Source: an uncultured Candidatus Peribacteria bacterium (GTDB lineage Bacteria; Patescibacteriota; Gracilibacteria; UBA1369; LOWO2-01-FULL-3). From it: DNA of 64,000 nt. The notes beneath the pieces are model-generated. The model was not told the origin of the DNA, ran no database searches, and was given only the letters and a program-made list of their open reading frames with translations. The translations under genes and the position numbers were made by a program. Every line of letters begins with the position of its first letter. Positions within the stretch are counted from its first letter, which is position 1. Shown piece after piece: positions 29,696-40,624 of this stretch. The stretch is from the NCBI GenBank assembly GCA_964356355.1, contig CAYHGX010000001.1, positions 68,299-132,298 of the forward strand, read 5' to 3'.

Positions 29696-30466
29696 TTATA
29701 GGAGGAAAAGAGATTGATACCAGTTGATGAGTTTTTCGCTGTAGGCTAGGGAAATTGTGAGTCCGATAATTAGGAATGGGCCAAAAGGAAGGAGTGTTTT
29801 GCCTGTAGCTTTTTTAAATGCCATGAGACTAATCCCAACAATTGAGCCAAGTACATAGGCAAGGAAGAGAGCAATGCCTCCGTTTGTGAGTCCTAATGTG
29901 GTACCAAGTAGCAGGCCGAGGCGAATGTCTCCACCTCCGATCCAGCGACCGCGCGAAAGAATGAATTGTAATGCGAAGAATCCACCGATGATAAAGGCAC
30001 CGATGAGCATAGATTTTGGTTCAACTATTTTAAGTGCCCAATTTCCTAGTAAGGTAAGGAAAATAGCCGGTAAGCTGTAGCTGTCTGGAATTTCTTTATA
30101 GCGAAGATCGTAGAAAAATATGCCGATTAAGAGAGTGAAGAGGAGGCCATAAAAGGCGAGAAAGGGGATTTTAGTGATACCAAAATTTAGCATTATTATG
30201 AGATAGGAAAGGCCAGTGGTGAGCTCGATGAGTGGGTAATAGGTGGAAATTGATTTTTTGCATTTTGCGCATTTACCATTGAGAAAGAGATAGCTGAAAA
30301 TTGGAACTAGGTGATACCAGTTTAACTTTTTTTTGCAATTTGGACAGATGGAACGGCCCATGATGAAGCCTTTTTTCTTGCTATGGAGTCGGTAATTGAT
30401 TGCACCCAAAAAACTGCCGATGCAGGTGCCAAAGATGAATGCTAATGTTGCAAAAATTGTATTCAT
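29696..30466 (-). CDS. pilD: Prepilin (type IV leader) peptidase, A24 family
   Basis: It has an N-terminal DiS_P_DiS-type Cys motif (CPNCKKKL...CAKCKK), a polytopic body and a GGGD-type aspartyl active-site motif (IGGGDIRL). Confidence 0.85.
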   Translation of the reverse strand: MNTIFATLAFIFGTCIGSFLGAINYRLHSKKKGFIMGRSICPNCKKKLNWYHLVPIFSYLFLNGKCAKCKKSISTYYPLIELTTGLSYLIIMLNFGITKIPFLAFYGLLFTLLIGIFFYDLRYKEIPDSYSLPAIFLTLLGNWALKIVEPKSMLIGAFIIGGFFALQFILSRGRWIGGGDIRLGLLLGTTLGLTNGGIALFLAYVLGSIVGISLMAFKKATGKTLLPFGPFLIIGLTISLAYSEKLINWYQSLFLL

Positions 30467-31911
30467 GGGTTTTGGGTGAGTGATTGAGATGAAAAATATT
30501 GATCAAGTTCTGGTTGGGAGAGTTGCTTGAGACGAGTGGAAGCGAGTGCCGCAATTGAAGTGCCTTGGCTTACGGAAAATGCTTTTTCATAGAATTGTTT
30601 TGCGAGTGTGGTGTTGCCTTGTTTTTCGTAGTACCAGCCGAAATTTAGAAATGCTGCATCGAAATTTGGTTGAAGATTTAATGCTTGAGTTAGATATTTT
30701 TCTGCGAGGTCATAGTTGCCTGCGGCGGTGTTGGCCCAGCCAACGAGGTTGTAACTCATTGCTTGATCCGGATGATATTTAACCGCTATGTTTGCCAAGG
30801 CGATGGCGTTTATTGGAGTGTTTAATTTTTCAATATTTAGCCAGATTGCTCGAATAAAAATGTCGAGATTGCCCGGATTGGCTGCTATTACTTTTTCATA
30901 ACTTTGAGCTGATTTTTGAAATTCTTGTTGGATTAAATAGATATCTCCGAGTTTTAAGTTTAATTGGTCTTTGGGTGTGTATCCTGCCTTGTCGGCTTGT
31001 TTGAGATAGCCTTCGGCATGTTTTAAGTCATTGGCTGAAAAATAGGCGAGTCCTAAATAAAAGAGGGTTTCAGGTTTTGTGGAATCTAAGGCTTTTGCTT
31101 TGAGGAAACTGTCAATTGCGTCTTGAGGCTTGTTGGTAGCTAGATAGCAATAACCAAGTACGATCCAGGCATCACGGTAGTTGTTTTTTTGAGTTATGAT
31201 GTCAAATAGTAGTGGAATAGCGCTTTCAAATTGATGATTTTGCGCGAGTGATTTTGCGAGTAAAAGCTGTAGGAATACTTGTTCTGCTTCGGAATAGAAT
31301 TCAAATGTGTTGAAGGCATCGAGATATTTTTGAGCAGTTTTGCCGGCTTGTTTGAATTCTTTTTTTGCCGTGGGAAAGTCTTTATATAGAATTAGTATTT
31401 CGCCTCTTAGTTGGGCAACCTGTGGAAGATTTTCCGGTAATTTCCAGACGTAATTTTTTGCGTCTTCGATTCTGCGAAGGTTGAGTAGCGAATGTACTGT
31501 GCCGCTTTTTATGTTTAGATTTTCTGGGCTTAGAGTTTCTGCTTTTAAATATGCATTGAGAGCTTTCTCATATTGACTTACTGCGGTGTAGCTTTGAGCC
31601 AGGCTTAATAGTGGGATTGTAGAATTGGGGTTTGTTTTAACTGCGTTTTCAAAATTTGTGATGGCGGTGATGTAGTCTCCTTGTTCGTACGCTGATTTTC
31701 CTTTAGCTAAATAGCCGTTGTAGTCTGGGGAGCTAATGGTTTCTGTTGGTTGAGTTGGTGGTGTTGTTGTTTGAGTTGAAGTTTCAACTGGAGGTGTTTC
31801 GGTAATAACTTCTGGAATTTCTACTGCAGTTCGGGGACTTAAAAATGTGAAAACAATTAGCGTTGCGCCAGCGATGATAATTACCCATAAAAATGCGGTG
31901 AGTGTTCTCAT
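30463..31911 (-). CDS. TPR-repeat protein with N-terminal membrane anchor
   Basis: An N-terminal TM helix and a Thr/Pro-rich linker are followed by about 10 or more TPR-like repeats (recurrent A..Y..A...P....A...LG pattern). Its start and stop are coupled to neighbouring genes by 4-nt overlaps. Confidence 0.8.
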   Translation of the reverse strand: MRTLTAFLWVIIIAGATLIVFTFLSPRTAVEIPEVITETPPVETSTQTTTPPTQPTETISSPDYNGYLAKGKSAYEQGDYITAITNFENAVKTNPNSTIPLLSLAQSYTAVSQYEKALNAYLKAETLSPENLNIKSGTVHSLLNLRRIEDAKNYVWKLPENLPQVAQLRGEILILYKDFPTAKKEFKQAGKTAQKYLDAFNTFEFYSEAEQVFLQLLLAKSLAQNHQFESAIPLLFDIITQKNNYRDAWIVLGYCYLATNKPQDAIDSFLKAKALDSTKPETLFYLGLAYFSANDLKHAEGYLKQADKAGYTPKDQLNLKLGDIYLIQQEFQKSAQSYEKVIAANPGNLDIFIRAIWLNIEKLNTPINAIALANIAVKYHPDQAMSYNLVGWANTAAGNYDLAEKYLTQALNLQPNFDAAFLNFGWYYEKQGNTTLAKQFYEKAFSVSQGTSIAALASTRLKQLSQPELDQYFSSQSLTQNP

Positions 31912-32408
31912 TGGTTTTGAAGTGCTAACTGTTTAATAAGTGCGAGTGAATTTGATAGGCAAATTGCTAGGGCTACGGCATCTGCTGCATCGTCGGGTTT
32001 TGGTATTTGATTTAAATTTAGGATCATTTTCACCATTTGTTGGACCATTTTTTTGTCGGCTTTTCCATATCCGCAAATGGACATTTTCATTTCTAGTGGG
32101 GTGTATTCTTGCAGAGAGATATTGTGTTCTGTGAGTTTTTGAAGAATTACTCCGCGTGCTTGAGCAACTGAAATTGCGGTTTTTACGTTGGTTTTGAAAA
32201 AGAGTTTTTCAACTGCAGCGTAGCTTGGTTGATATTTTTTTATGATAAATTCTAGGTCTTGGGCGATCTCTTGGAGGCGGTTTGCTGCTGGTGAATTTTT
32301 ATCTGTTTTGATACAACCATAGGTGATTAATTTCATGTTTCCATTAATGTTTTCTAGGATTGCGAATCCTGTTGTGGCTGTGCCTGGATCAATTCCAATG
32401 ATGCGCAT
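31908..32408 (-). CDS. ruvC: Crossover junction endodeoxyribonuclease RuvC
   Basis: The N-terminus is MRIIGIDPGTATTGFAIL and the length is ~166 aa. The C-terminal catalytic region reads DAADAVALAI. Confidence 0.92.
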   Translation of the reverse strand: MRIIGIDPGTATTGFAILENINGNMKLITYGCIKTDKNSPAANRLQEIAQDLEFIIKKYQPSYAAVEKLFFKTNVKTAISVAQARGVILQKLTEHNISLQEYTPLEMKMSICGYGKADKKMVQQMVKMILNLNQIPKPDDAADAVALAICLSNSLALIKQLALQNQ

Positions 32409-32410
32409 TT

Positions 32411-33805
32411 TTAAATTTTTAGTGTAGAAATTTGTAGCGATCGTGGGCCTTTAGCGCGGATAAAAATAATTTTGCTTTTCTTTTTGATAAGTTTTTTAAT
32501 TTCTTTTTCAGGTTCTGTCATCGGGACTGTGATGATTTCATTTATGCCCCAAGTGAGCTGAAGCATGCGGGCAACTTTTTCGTTGTCGCAGATGGTAATG
32601 ATGTTGGTGTATGGTCTGAATTTGGCTAGATTGATTGCTTCTTGTCCGTCTGGAGAATGAACAACAAGGAAGTTTGCTTTTGTTTCTAGTGCAATGTCGC
32701 AAGCATTTAGAAGTGTGGAATTGGCGATTGAAAGGTATTTCGTAAGGGTGATTTCCTCTATTAGTTCTGGATTTTTTTGCAGTTCTTTTTCAACGTCGAT
32801 AATTACGCGACTTAAAATGTTTACAGCTTTTATTGGGTATTTGCCCGTTGCAGTTTCGTTTGAAAGCATGATGGCATCGGTATGATCGAGTACGGCATTG
32901 GCTGCATCGGAAATTTCTGCGCGTGTGGGACGGGAATTTGTAACCATTGAAAGTAAAACTTCGGTGGCAGTGATGACGGGTTTTCCAAATTTGTTAGAAA
33001 GATGAATAATGCGCTTTTGGATAATGGGGACGTGCTCCAGTGGAATATCTGTTCCTAAGTCGCCGCGTGCTACCATTACTCCATCAGATATTTTGATGAT
33101 TTCCTCAAGATTTTTTATGGCTTCGTGTCGTTCTATTTTGGCGATTATTGGAGTTTCTGCTCCGTTTTCTTTGAGAAAAGTTTGAAGATCTTGGATGTCC
33201 TTTTTGTTTTTAACAAAGGATAAAGCTACGAAGTCGACGTCGTTTTTGATTCCAAATAATGCATCTCTTTTATCTTTGTCTGTAAGGGTTTTTGCTTTGA
33301 TAGTGCCGTTTGGCAGGGCTAGTCCGTTGTGTGTTTTGATGATTCCCGGAGTGAGAACTTTTGCGATGATGGTGGTTTTCTCAACCTTTAAAACTTTTGT
33401 TTCTACTTCGCCATCATTTAAAAGAAGGATGTGATTTTTTTTGCAGTCTTTTACTATGTCTTTATATGCTACGGGGATGATTGTTTCTTTGTGATTTTTT
33501 CTGCCGATGATTGGTGCAATTGTGTAGGTAATGATTTCGTTTTTTTCTAATTTCATTCCTTCTTTGGGGAGTTCGCCGAGACGAATTTTGGGGCCTTGAA
33601 GATCTTGAAGAATGGCGATTCTAAGTCCGGTTTCTTTTTCTGCGGCATGGATATTGTCGATTAATTTTTGATGTTCTTCATAGGTGCCGTGTGAGAAATT
33701 TAATCGCGCTACATTCATGCCGTTTTCTGCGAGAGCCTTGATGGCCTCTTTAGTGCTGCACGCAGGGCCGAGGGTGGCGACGATTTTTGTTTTTTTTTGG
33801 TACAT
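32411..33805 (-). CDS. pyk: Pyruvate kinase
   Basis: Motifs are KTKIVATLGPA, NVARLNFSHG, MVARGDLG and a C-terminal regulatory domain. Confidence 0.93.
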   Translation of the reverse strand: MYQKKTKIVATLGPACSTKEAIKALAENGMNVARLNFSHGTYEEHQKLIDNIHAAEKETGLRIAILQDLQGPKIRLGELPKEGMKLEKNEIITYTIAPIIGRKNHKETIIPVAYKDIVKDCKKNHILLLNDGEVETKVLKVEKTTIIAKVLTPGIIKTHNGLALPNGTIKAKTLTDKDKRDALFGIKNDVDFVALSFVKNKKDIQDLQTFLKENGAETPIIAKIERHEAIKNLEEIIKISDGVMVARGDLGTDIPLEHVPIIQKRIIHLSNKFGKPVITATEVLLSMVTNSRPTRAEISDAANAVLDHTDAIMLSNETATGKYPIKAVNILSRVIIDVEKELQKNPELIEEITLTKYLSIANSTLLNACDIALETKANFLVVHSPDGQEAINLAKFRPYTNIITICDNEKVARMLQLTWGINEIITVPMTEPEKEIKKLIKKKSKIIFIRAKGPRSLQISTLKI

Positions 33806-33820
33806 AGGTGAGGGGAGTTG

Positions 33821-33880
33821 GCACCTTGCTATGGCGCTCGGTGGGTTAAGTTGTTAGCACTTCGCTTCGCTCGCGCTTGG
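33821..33880 (-). repeat. Copy b of the same element, in the glmS-pyk intergenic region
   Basis: The plus-strand sequence is gcaccttgctatggcgctcggtgggttaagTTGTTAGCACTTCGCTtcgctcgcgcttgg. It shares a 16-nt identical core with copy a and aligns with copy c across the whole element. Confidence 0.6.
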
Positions 33881-33885
33881 AAAGT

Positions 33886-35664
33886 TTATTTTACAGTGAC
33901 TGATTTTGCCAGGTTTCTTGGCTTGTCTGGATCGTTTTTGCGGAGGACGGCGAGCTGGTAGGAGAGGATTTGAATAGGGATTATATTAACTATTGGTGAA
34001 GTTTGGCCGGTGTCGGGGACACGAATCCAGTAGTCGAAGACTTCATGTTTTTCTGGAGAGATGCCGATGATATATCCGCCGCGAGCTTTTACTTCTGTGG
34101 CGTTGGAGATCATTTCTTTTTTTGTATCATCGTTTGGTACGAGTGCGATTACCGGAGTGTTCTTGGAGATCAGTGCGAGTGGGCCGTGCTTGAGTTCGCC
34201 TCCTGCGAAGCCTTCGGCGTGGATGTAGGAAACCTCTTGTAGCTTGATTGCGGACTCAAGTGCGATGGGGTAATTTTTGCCGCGGCCAATGATATACATG
34301 GATTCTACATGCTTAATTTTTTTCGCAACTTTCATAATGTGGTCTACGTAGCGCGGATTCAACATGTCGTTTATTTGGCTTGCCGTAGAGATGAGGAGCT
34401 CTTTGCCTTTTTCGATTCCGCCGTCGCAGGCGTAGGCTAGAAGTGTGAGAATTGCGATTTGTGAGGTAGTGGCTTTAGTGGAGGCCACTGCTTTTTCTGG
34501 GCCGGCTTTGATGGGAACGACGATATCTGACTCCCGGGACATCGTGGAATTTTCAACATTTATAATGGAGGCAACTTTTACCTTTTTTGATTTTGCCACT
34601 TCAATGGCTTCAAGAGTGTCGGCTGTTTCTCCGGACTGGGAAACGGCGATCATTAAAGTTTTGGGTGTGAGGAAATCTTTGTTTTTTCCAAACTCGGATC
34701 CAAAGCTGAAATTCACATGTTTTTTGGAGATTTCGGCGAAGAGATATTCTGCCACCATACAAACTTTTCCGGCGGTGCCGCAGCCCACGAGGTAGGTGCC
34801 GAAGGCTTTTTTGATTTCTGCGGCAAGTTGGTTTATTACTTTTGGGTCTTGGTTTATGGCGCGATTTAGTGTGTCTTTTTGTTCCATGATTTCTTTGATC
34901 ATGAAGTGTGCAAAGTCTCCTTTTTCGGCACTTTCAATGTCCCAGTCAATTTCAATGATACGTTTTTTAACCTCTTTTTTTTCTTTGATGTCGAAGAATT
35001 TTAGGCCTTTGTTATTGATGGTGACGAGCTGGTTGTCGTCGAGATAGATAACTTTTTTAGTGTATGGGAGGAAGGCTGGAATGTCGGAGGCTATGAAGAA
35101 TTCTTTGTTGTTTTCTCCCACTCCAATGATTAGTGGAGAGCCTTTTCTGGCAGCAATGATTTGGTCACTCTCTTGCCCTATAACGATGATTGCATAGCGT
35201 CCTTCAATATCTGCGGTAGCGAGTTTTACGCTCTCTTCAAGTGAGTTGCTTTTGTGATATTCTTCGATGAGATGGGCGATTACTTCGGTGTCAGTTTCAG
35301 AGATAAATTTGTGTCCTTTCTTCTGAAGTTTCTTTTTGAATTCGAGGTAATTTTCGAAAATGCCGTTGTGTACCAGGACGATTTTTTTATCGGCTGAAGA
35401 GTGGGGGTGAGCATTTTTTTTAGTAACTCCACCGTGCGTGGCCCAGCGTGAATGCCCAATTGCCAGATTGGAGGATTTGAAATTAAAATCTTTGACTTTG
35501 ATGTCTCCGATTTTGCCAACGTCTTTTTTTATTTCGATGCCTTCGGAGGTTTTGTAGGCGATGCCCCAGGAATCATAGCCACGATATTCCAAAGATTTGA
35601 GGCCTTTGATGACGATTTCTGCCGCGTTTTTGCGCGGTCCTAAATAGGTGAAAATTCCACACAT
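33886..35664 (-). CDS. glmS: Glutamine--fructose-6-phosphate aminotransferase (isomerising)
   Basis: The N-terminal nucleophile is MCGIF. Two SIS domains (SQSGETADT) are present, with the C-terminal ..AKSVTV(K/E) signature. Confidence 0.95.
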   Translation of the reverse strand: MCGIFTYLGPRKNAAEIVIKGLKSLEYRGYDSWGIAYKTSEGIEIKKDVGKIGDIKVKDFNFKSSNLAIGHSRWATHGGVTKKNAHPHSSADKKIVLVHNGIFENYLEFKKKLQKKGHKFISETDTEVIAHLIEEYHKSNSLEESVKLATADIEGRYAIIVIGQESDQIIAARKGSPLIIGVGENNKEFFIASDIPAFLPYTKKVIYLDDNQLVTINNKGLKFFDIKEKKEVKKRIIEIDWDIESAEKGDFAHFMIKEIMEQKDTLNRAINQDPKVINQLAAEIKKAFGTYLVGCGTAGKVCMVAEYLFAEISKKHVNFSFGSEFGKNKDFLTPKTLMIAVSQSGETADTLEAIEVAKSKKVKVASIINVENSTMSRESDIVVPIKAGPEKAVASTKATTSQIAILTLLAYACDGGIEKGKELLISTASQINDMLNPRYVDHIMKVAKKIKHVESMYIIGRGKNYPIALESAIKLQEVSYIHAEGFAGGELKHGPLALISKNTPVIALVPNDDTKKEMISNATEVKARGGYIIGISPEKHEVFDYWIRVPDTGQTSPIVNIIPIQILSYQLAVLRKNDPDKPRNLAKSVTVK

Positions 35665-35775
35665 AATATATTGTTAAATCTTATTGATTTTAGTTGATTT
35701 TAGCCCTTTTGTGGAGGAGGATTGGTTGACAAATTGGTAAAGAGGACTAGTATCGTTTTCTTAAGGATTTTTAAT

Positions 35776-36084
35776 ATGGAGGTTGGGAGTGAAAATGAGG
35801 GTTTGAGTGAGGAGGAAGTGTCTTTGTTGATGAATTTGGAACGGTTAATTGGGGTGAGATATAGTGATCAGGTGTATAGAGTTTATTTTGAAAAGATGGT
35901 TGCCGGTGATAAAATTTATGTTTCGTGTTCGGTGGTTTCACTTAAAGCGGATCCTATTAGTATGAAATATCATACCGTGGGTGGGTTTTATGATTTGAAG
36001 AATAATTGTTTTATTCGTCGACGTGGTGAATCGGAAAGTTCTGAGTTTAGGGCTTTTTTGAATGCTTATGAGCCTATTGAGTAG
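35776..36084 (+). CDS. Hypothetical protein
   Basis: The ~102-aa ORF starts at ATG 35776, preceded by AAGGA 8 nt upstream. The track ORF starts at TTG 35722. No recognisable motif. Confidence 0.4.
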   Translation: MEVGSENEGLSEEEVSLLMNLERLIGVRYSDQVYRVYFEKMVAGDKIYVSCSVVSLKADPISMKYHTVGGFYDLKNNCFIRRRGESESSEFRAFLNAYEPIE

Positions 36085-36090
36085 TTTCTT

Positions 36091-37164
36091 TTAGATTTGT
36101 TTCGAGATTTTGGTGAGATTTTTGTTGCTGTTTTTTGTAATGAGGAGCATGTCTTCGATGCGAACGCCGAATTCTCCTGGAAGATAAATGCCTGGTTCGA
36201 TGGTAATGATTTGGTTTTCCTTGAGCGGTTTTGTGTACTTTTCGGAGAGGGCAGGTGATTCGTGAATATCAAGGCCGATGCCGTGGCCGCCGGAGTGGCC
36301 GTACATTTCTCCGTAGCCGGCTTTTTCGATAATGCTGCGTCCAAGGTGATCGGCTTCGGCTCCTGTGAGGCCAGCCTTAATGCCTTTGATGCTGGCGAGT
36401 TGGGCTTCGAGTACAAGATTGTAAATTTCTTTTTGCTTGGGAGTGGGTGGTGCGGTGAAGATCATGCGGGTCATGTCGCTGCAATAGTTGTCGTATTTCA
36501 TGCCCATGTCGATGAGAATGATGTCGCCTTTTTTTAGCTTGGTGCGGGTGGGGTCGTGGTGTGGGCGAGCGGAGTGAGCGCCGAAGGCTACAATTGGATC
36601 GAAGGATACATCGTTGGCACCAAATTCTATGCCAAGTTGGCGGATTCCCCAGGCTATTTCAAGTTCGGTTATTGGTCTACTGGAAAGGGTCGGAAGTGCT
36701 TCCTGTATAATATTCTTGATCGCGAGGAAGACTTTTTCGTTTATACGTTGGCTTTTTGTGGTCTTGGCAATTTCGTCCGGAGTTTTGATTTCGCGTTTGG
36801 TCTCAATGTCACCGGCGATGTTTATGAATTTAATTTTTTGACCGGGCAGACGACAAAGTTTTTGATATTTTTTGAATTGAGAAAGTGTGAGGTCGTTCTC
36901 ATCGATGCCGATGGTTGTGATGGAATGTTTTTTGAGAAGTTTTTGCCAGTGGAGTTTTACTTGTTCGGGATTTTTCCAAAGTTTGGTGATGTCTACGAGT
37001 TCGATGTTTTTATAGATGCTGTCTTTGGCGCGCTCGATGTAACGGAAGTCGGTGAAGAGGTAGGTTTTGGATTTTGTTTGCAGAAGGAAACCGGAGGAGC
37101 CGGTGAAGTTGGATAGATATTGGATGTTGGATTTGTTGGTGATGAGATTGGCTTGATTTTGCAT
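36091..37164 (-). CDS. M24-family Xaa-Pro aminopeptidase/dipeptidase
   Basis: A creatinase/prolidase N-domain is followed by a pita-bread core with metal ligands in DMG..Y..Y.SD.TR, HGGGHGIG.D.HE and EPG.Y..G..G.RIED contexts. Confidence 0.85.
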   Translation of the reverse strand: MQNQANLITNKSNIQYLSNFTGSSGFLLQTKSKTYLFTDFRYIERAKDSIYKNIELVDITKLWKNPEQVKLHWQKLLKKHSITTIGIDENDLTLSQFKKYQKLCRLPGQKIKFINIAGDIETKREIKTPDEIAKTTKSQRINEKVFLAIKNIIQEALPTLSSRPITELEIAWGIRQLGIEFGANDVSFDPIVAFGAHSARPHHDPTRTKLKKGDIILIDMGMKYDNYCSDMTRMIFTAPPTPKQKEIYNLVLEAQLASIKGIKAGLTGAEADHLGRSIIEKAGYGEMYGHSGGHGIGLDIHESPALSEKYTKPLKENQIITIEPGIYLPGEFGVRIEDMLLITKNSNKNLTKISKQI

Positions 37165-37249
37165 GTGTGGAAGTTTTATAGTGCGCTCTTATATTAACAA
37201 TATTATGGCGTTAGGTGCAGCAAGAAATTTAGGAGAAGGGGGTGATTCG

Positions 37250-38011
37250 ATGAGAGAGGAGTTGCGCATGCAGTATGAGGGGAGAGTTGCAAATACTTTG
37301 AAGCGCTATCCAGAAGGATTGGAGCCACCGGGCTTTGACCAGTTAGTTCTTGAGGAGCAAACATTGCAGGCAATTGGGCATATGGAAAATCCGGCCTTGC
37401 TTTTGTATATTAATAGAAAGCCTTGGGATATTGCGGGGCAAATTGGTTGTAAAAAGGATTTTGGAGCACCATTTCTACTTGGTGGCTTTTTTATAAATCC
37501 GGGCTTGGTTGATCGAGGAAGGGTAACGTCTGGTTTTCCAGTTTTCATATATGAGCGGGATTTGCCTCATGGTGGTGCGGTTTCTTATTATCCAAGGAGA
37601 ACCGAGCTTCAAATGTATGATGGGCAATGGCGAGCCCAAGTGGCGGATGCGGGAGAGGGGGATGGTGTGATTTTTGAATATCCTGAACGCGTTGTGACTA
37701 GGAGTGAGTTAGATTTTTCGGCTTCACATGAATTATTAAAGCAAGGATTGCAGCCAATGGGGGATCTAGCTGATTACTTGGAGTTGGTGAAATCTTGTAA
37801 GGCAAATGGTGAAAACATTGATTTGGGTGCAACTAATTTTACGGCTTTAGGATCTGTGAGAAACCGGGATTTTGGTACTGATATAGTTTCTGCCTATGTG
37901 GACAGTGATGGGCAGGTGAAAGTTTCTAATGTTGGAGGAAATCACATAGCCCAGAAGATTAAAAAACGCGGATTGGTGGATATTCCGATTCTGGATAGGT
38001 TTGCGATTTAA
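37250..38011 (+). CDS. Hypothetical protein
   Basis: This long ORF has ordinary composition. I prefer ATG 37250, which has a purine-rich AGGAGAAGGGGGTG upstream, to the 37163 start that abuts the divergent peptidase gene. No recognisable domain. Confidence 0.5.
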   Translation: MREELRMQYEGRVANTLKRYPEGLEPPGFDQLVLEEQTLQAIGHMENPALLLYINRKPWDIAGQIGCKKDFGAPFLLGGFFINPGLVDRGRVTSGFPVFIYERDLPHGGAVSYYPRRTELQMYDGQWRAQVADAGEGDGVIFEYPERVVTRSELDFSASHELLKQGLQPMGDLADYLELVKSCKANGENIDLGATNFTALGSVRNRDFGTDIVSAYVDSDGQVKVSNVGGNHIAQKIKKRGLVDIPILDRFAI

Positions 38012-38094
38012 GTTTCATCTCTGTGGACGTTGTCCCAGGGGCCAGTTTTTTGGAGGCCAAATGGCTTGAATTAGCCCTTGTTTCTGGCGAAATC

Positions 38095-38108
38095 TCTGCG
38101 CGCGCAGA
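38095..38108. terminator. Perfect 14-nt GC palindrome between convergent genes (possible bidirectional terminator)
   Basis: TCTGCGCGCGCAGA is self-complementary and is flanked by A/T-rich sequence. It lies between the 3' ends of the ORFs at 37250-38011 (+) and 38129-38770 (-). Confidence 0.35.
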
Positions 38109-38128
38109 CATTTAATATATTTTAAAAC

Positions 38129-38770
38129 TTATTTGTTAGTGTCAGGTATGTAGTTGCCATCTGTGTCCATGAAGCCGCTATCGAGGAGGATTTGTCTGAT
38201 TTCTTTCCGTGGTGGAGCGACGTAATTTGGATCATCCCATTGGGCGAGAGGTAGAGGTTCGCCTTCTTTGAAGGCGTAGCGTTGTTCGATTTCTTTTGTT
38301 AAGGCTGGTCCTGATAGACCTTCTGCGAGGCAGTCTGCAATTACTCTTTTTAATTCTTCGTGATGGTTTACATTGATTTTTTGTAAGGCTACCGCTCCGC
38401 TTTTATAGGCGCGACTTCCTGCATCGTAGTGTATTGCTAGTATTCCGTGTTTGTCTCCTGGGTTGTTTGAAAGTACAAAAATGGGGATGCCTTCGTTCAT
38501 TCTTTGTTGCATTGCTGGTACTAATCGGTCTGGTAATGCGCCGCTAGCAAAAGCGACAAAAATGATAGCTTGAGATTGTTCGGTTCTGGCTAGAAATTCG
38601 CCGGCATTTAAAAAAGGATCGCACATAAAGGCGGGGAACCGTGGATCGGAGGTTTCAACTTGTTCTTTTGTGGGTATGCCTAATGCAGCTCTAACTTTCT
38701 CAGTGTTGGCTTTTACTTTGGGGATGATTTCTTTGAAAGGCCTTATGTCCGTGAATGCATTATAGCACAA
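38129..38770 (-). CDS. Hypothetical protein; central part resembles an asparaginase/GatD C-terminal domain
   Basis: The pattern AIIFVAFASGALP...GIPIFVLSNNP..G......Y..G......GAV is reminiscent of the C-terminal alpha/beta domain of L-asparaginases. No N-terminal catalytic Thr motif is present. The only in-frame start at the 5' end is TTG. Confidence 0.4.
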   Translation of the reverse strand: MCYNAFTDIRPFKEIIPKVKANTEKVRAALGIPTKEQVETSDPRFPAFMCDPFLNAGEFLARTEQSQAIIFVAFASGALPDRLVPAMQQRMNEGIPIFVLSNNPGDKHGILAIHYDAGSRAYKSGAVALQKINVNHHEELKRVIADCLAEGLSGPALTKEIEQRYAFKEGEPLPLAQWDDPNYVAPPRKEIRQILLDSGFMDTDGNYIPDTNK

Positions 38771-38800
38771 GAGTCAATTCTGACAAGCGCCTGTGGTTGC

Positions 38801-40608
<1,808 letters not shown>

Positions 40609-40624
40609 TTAGTAAATTAAAGTA

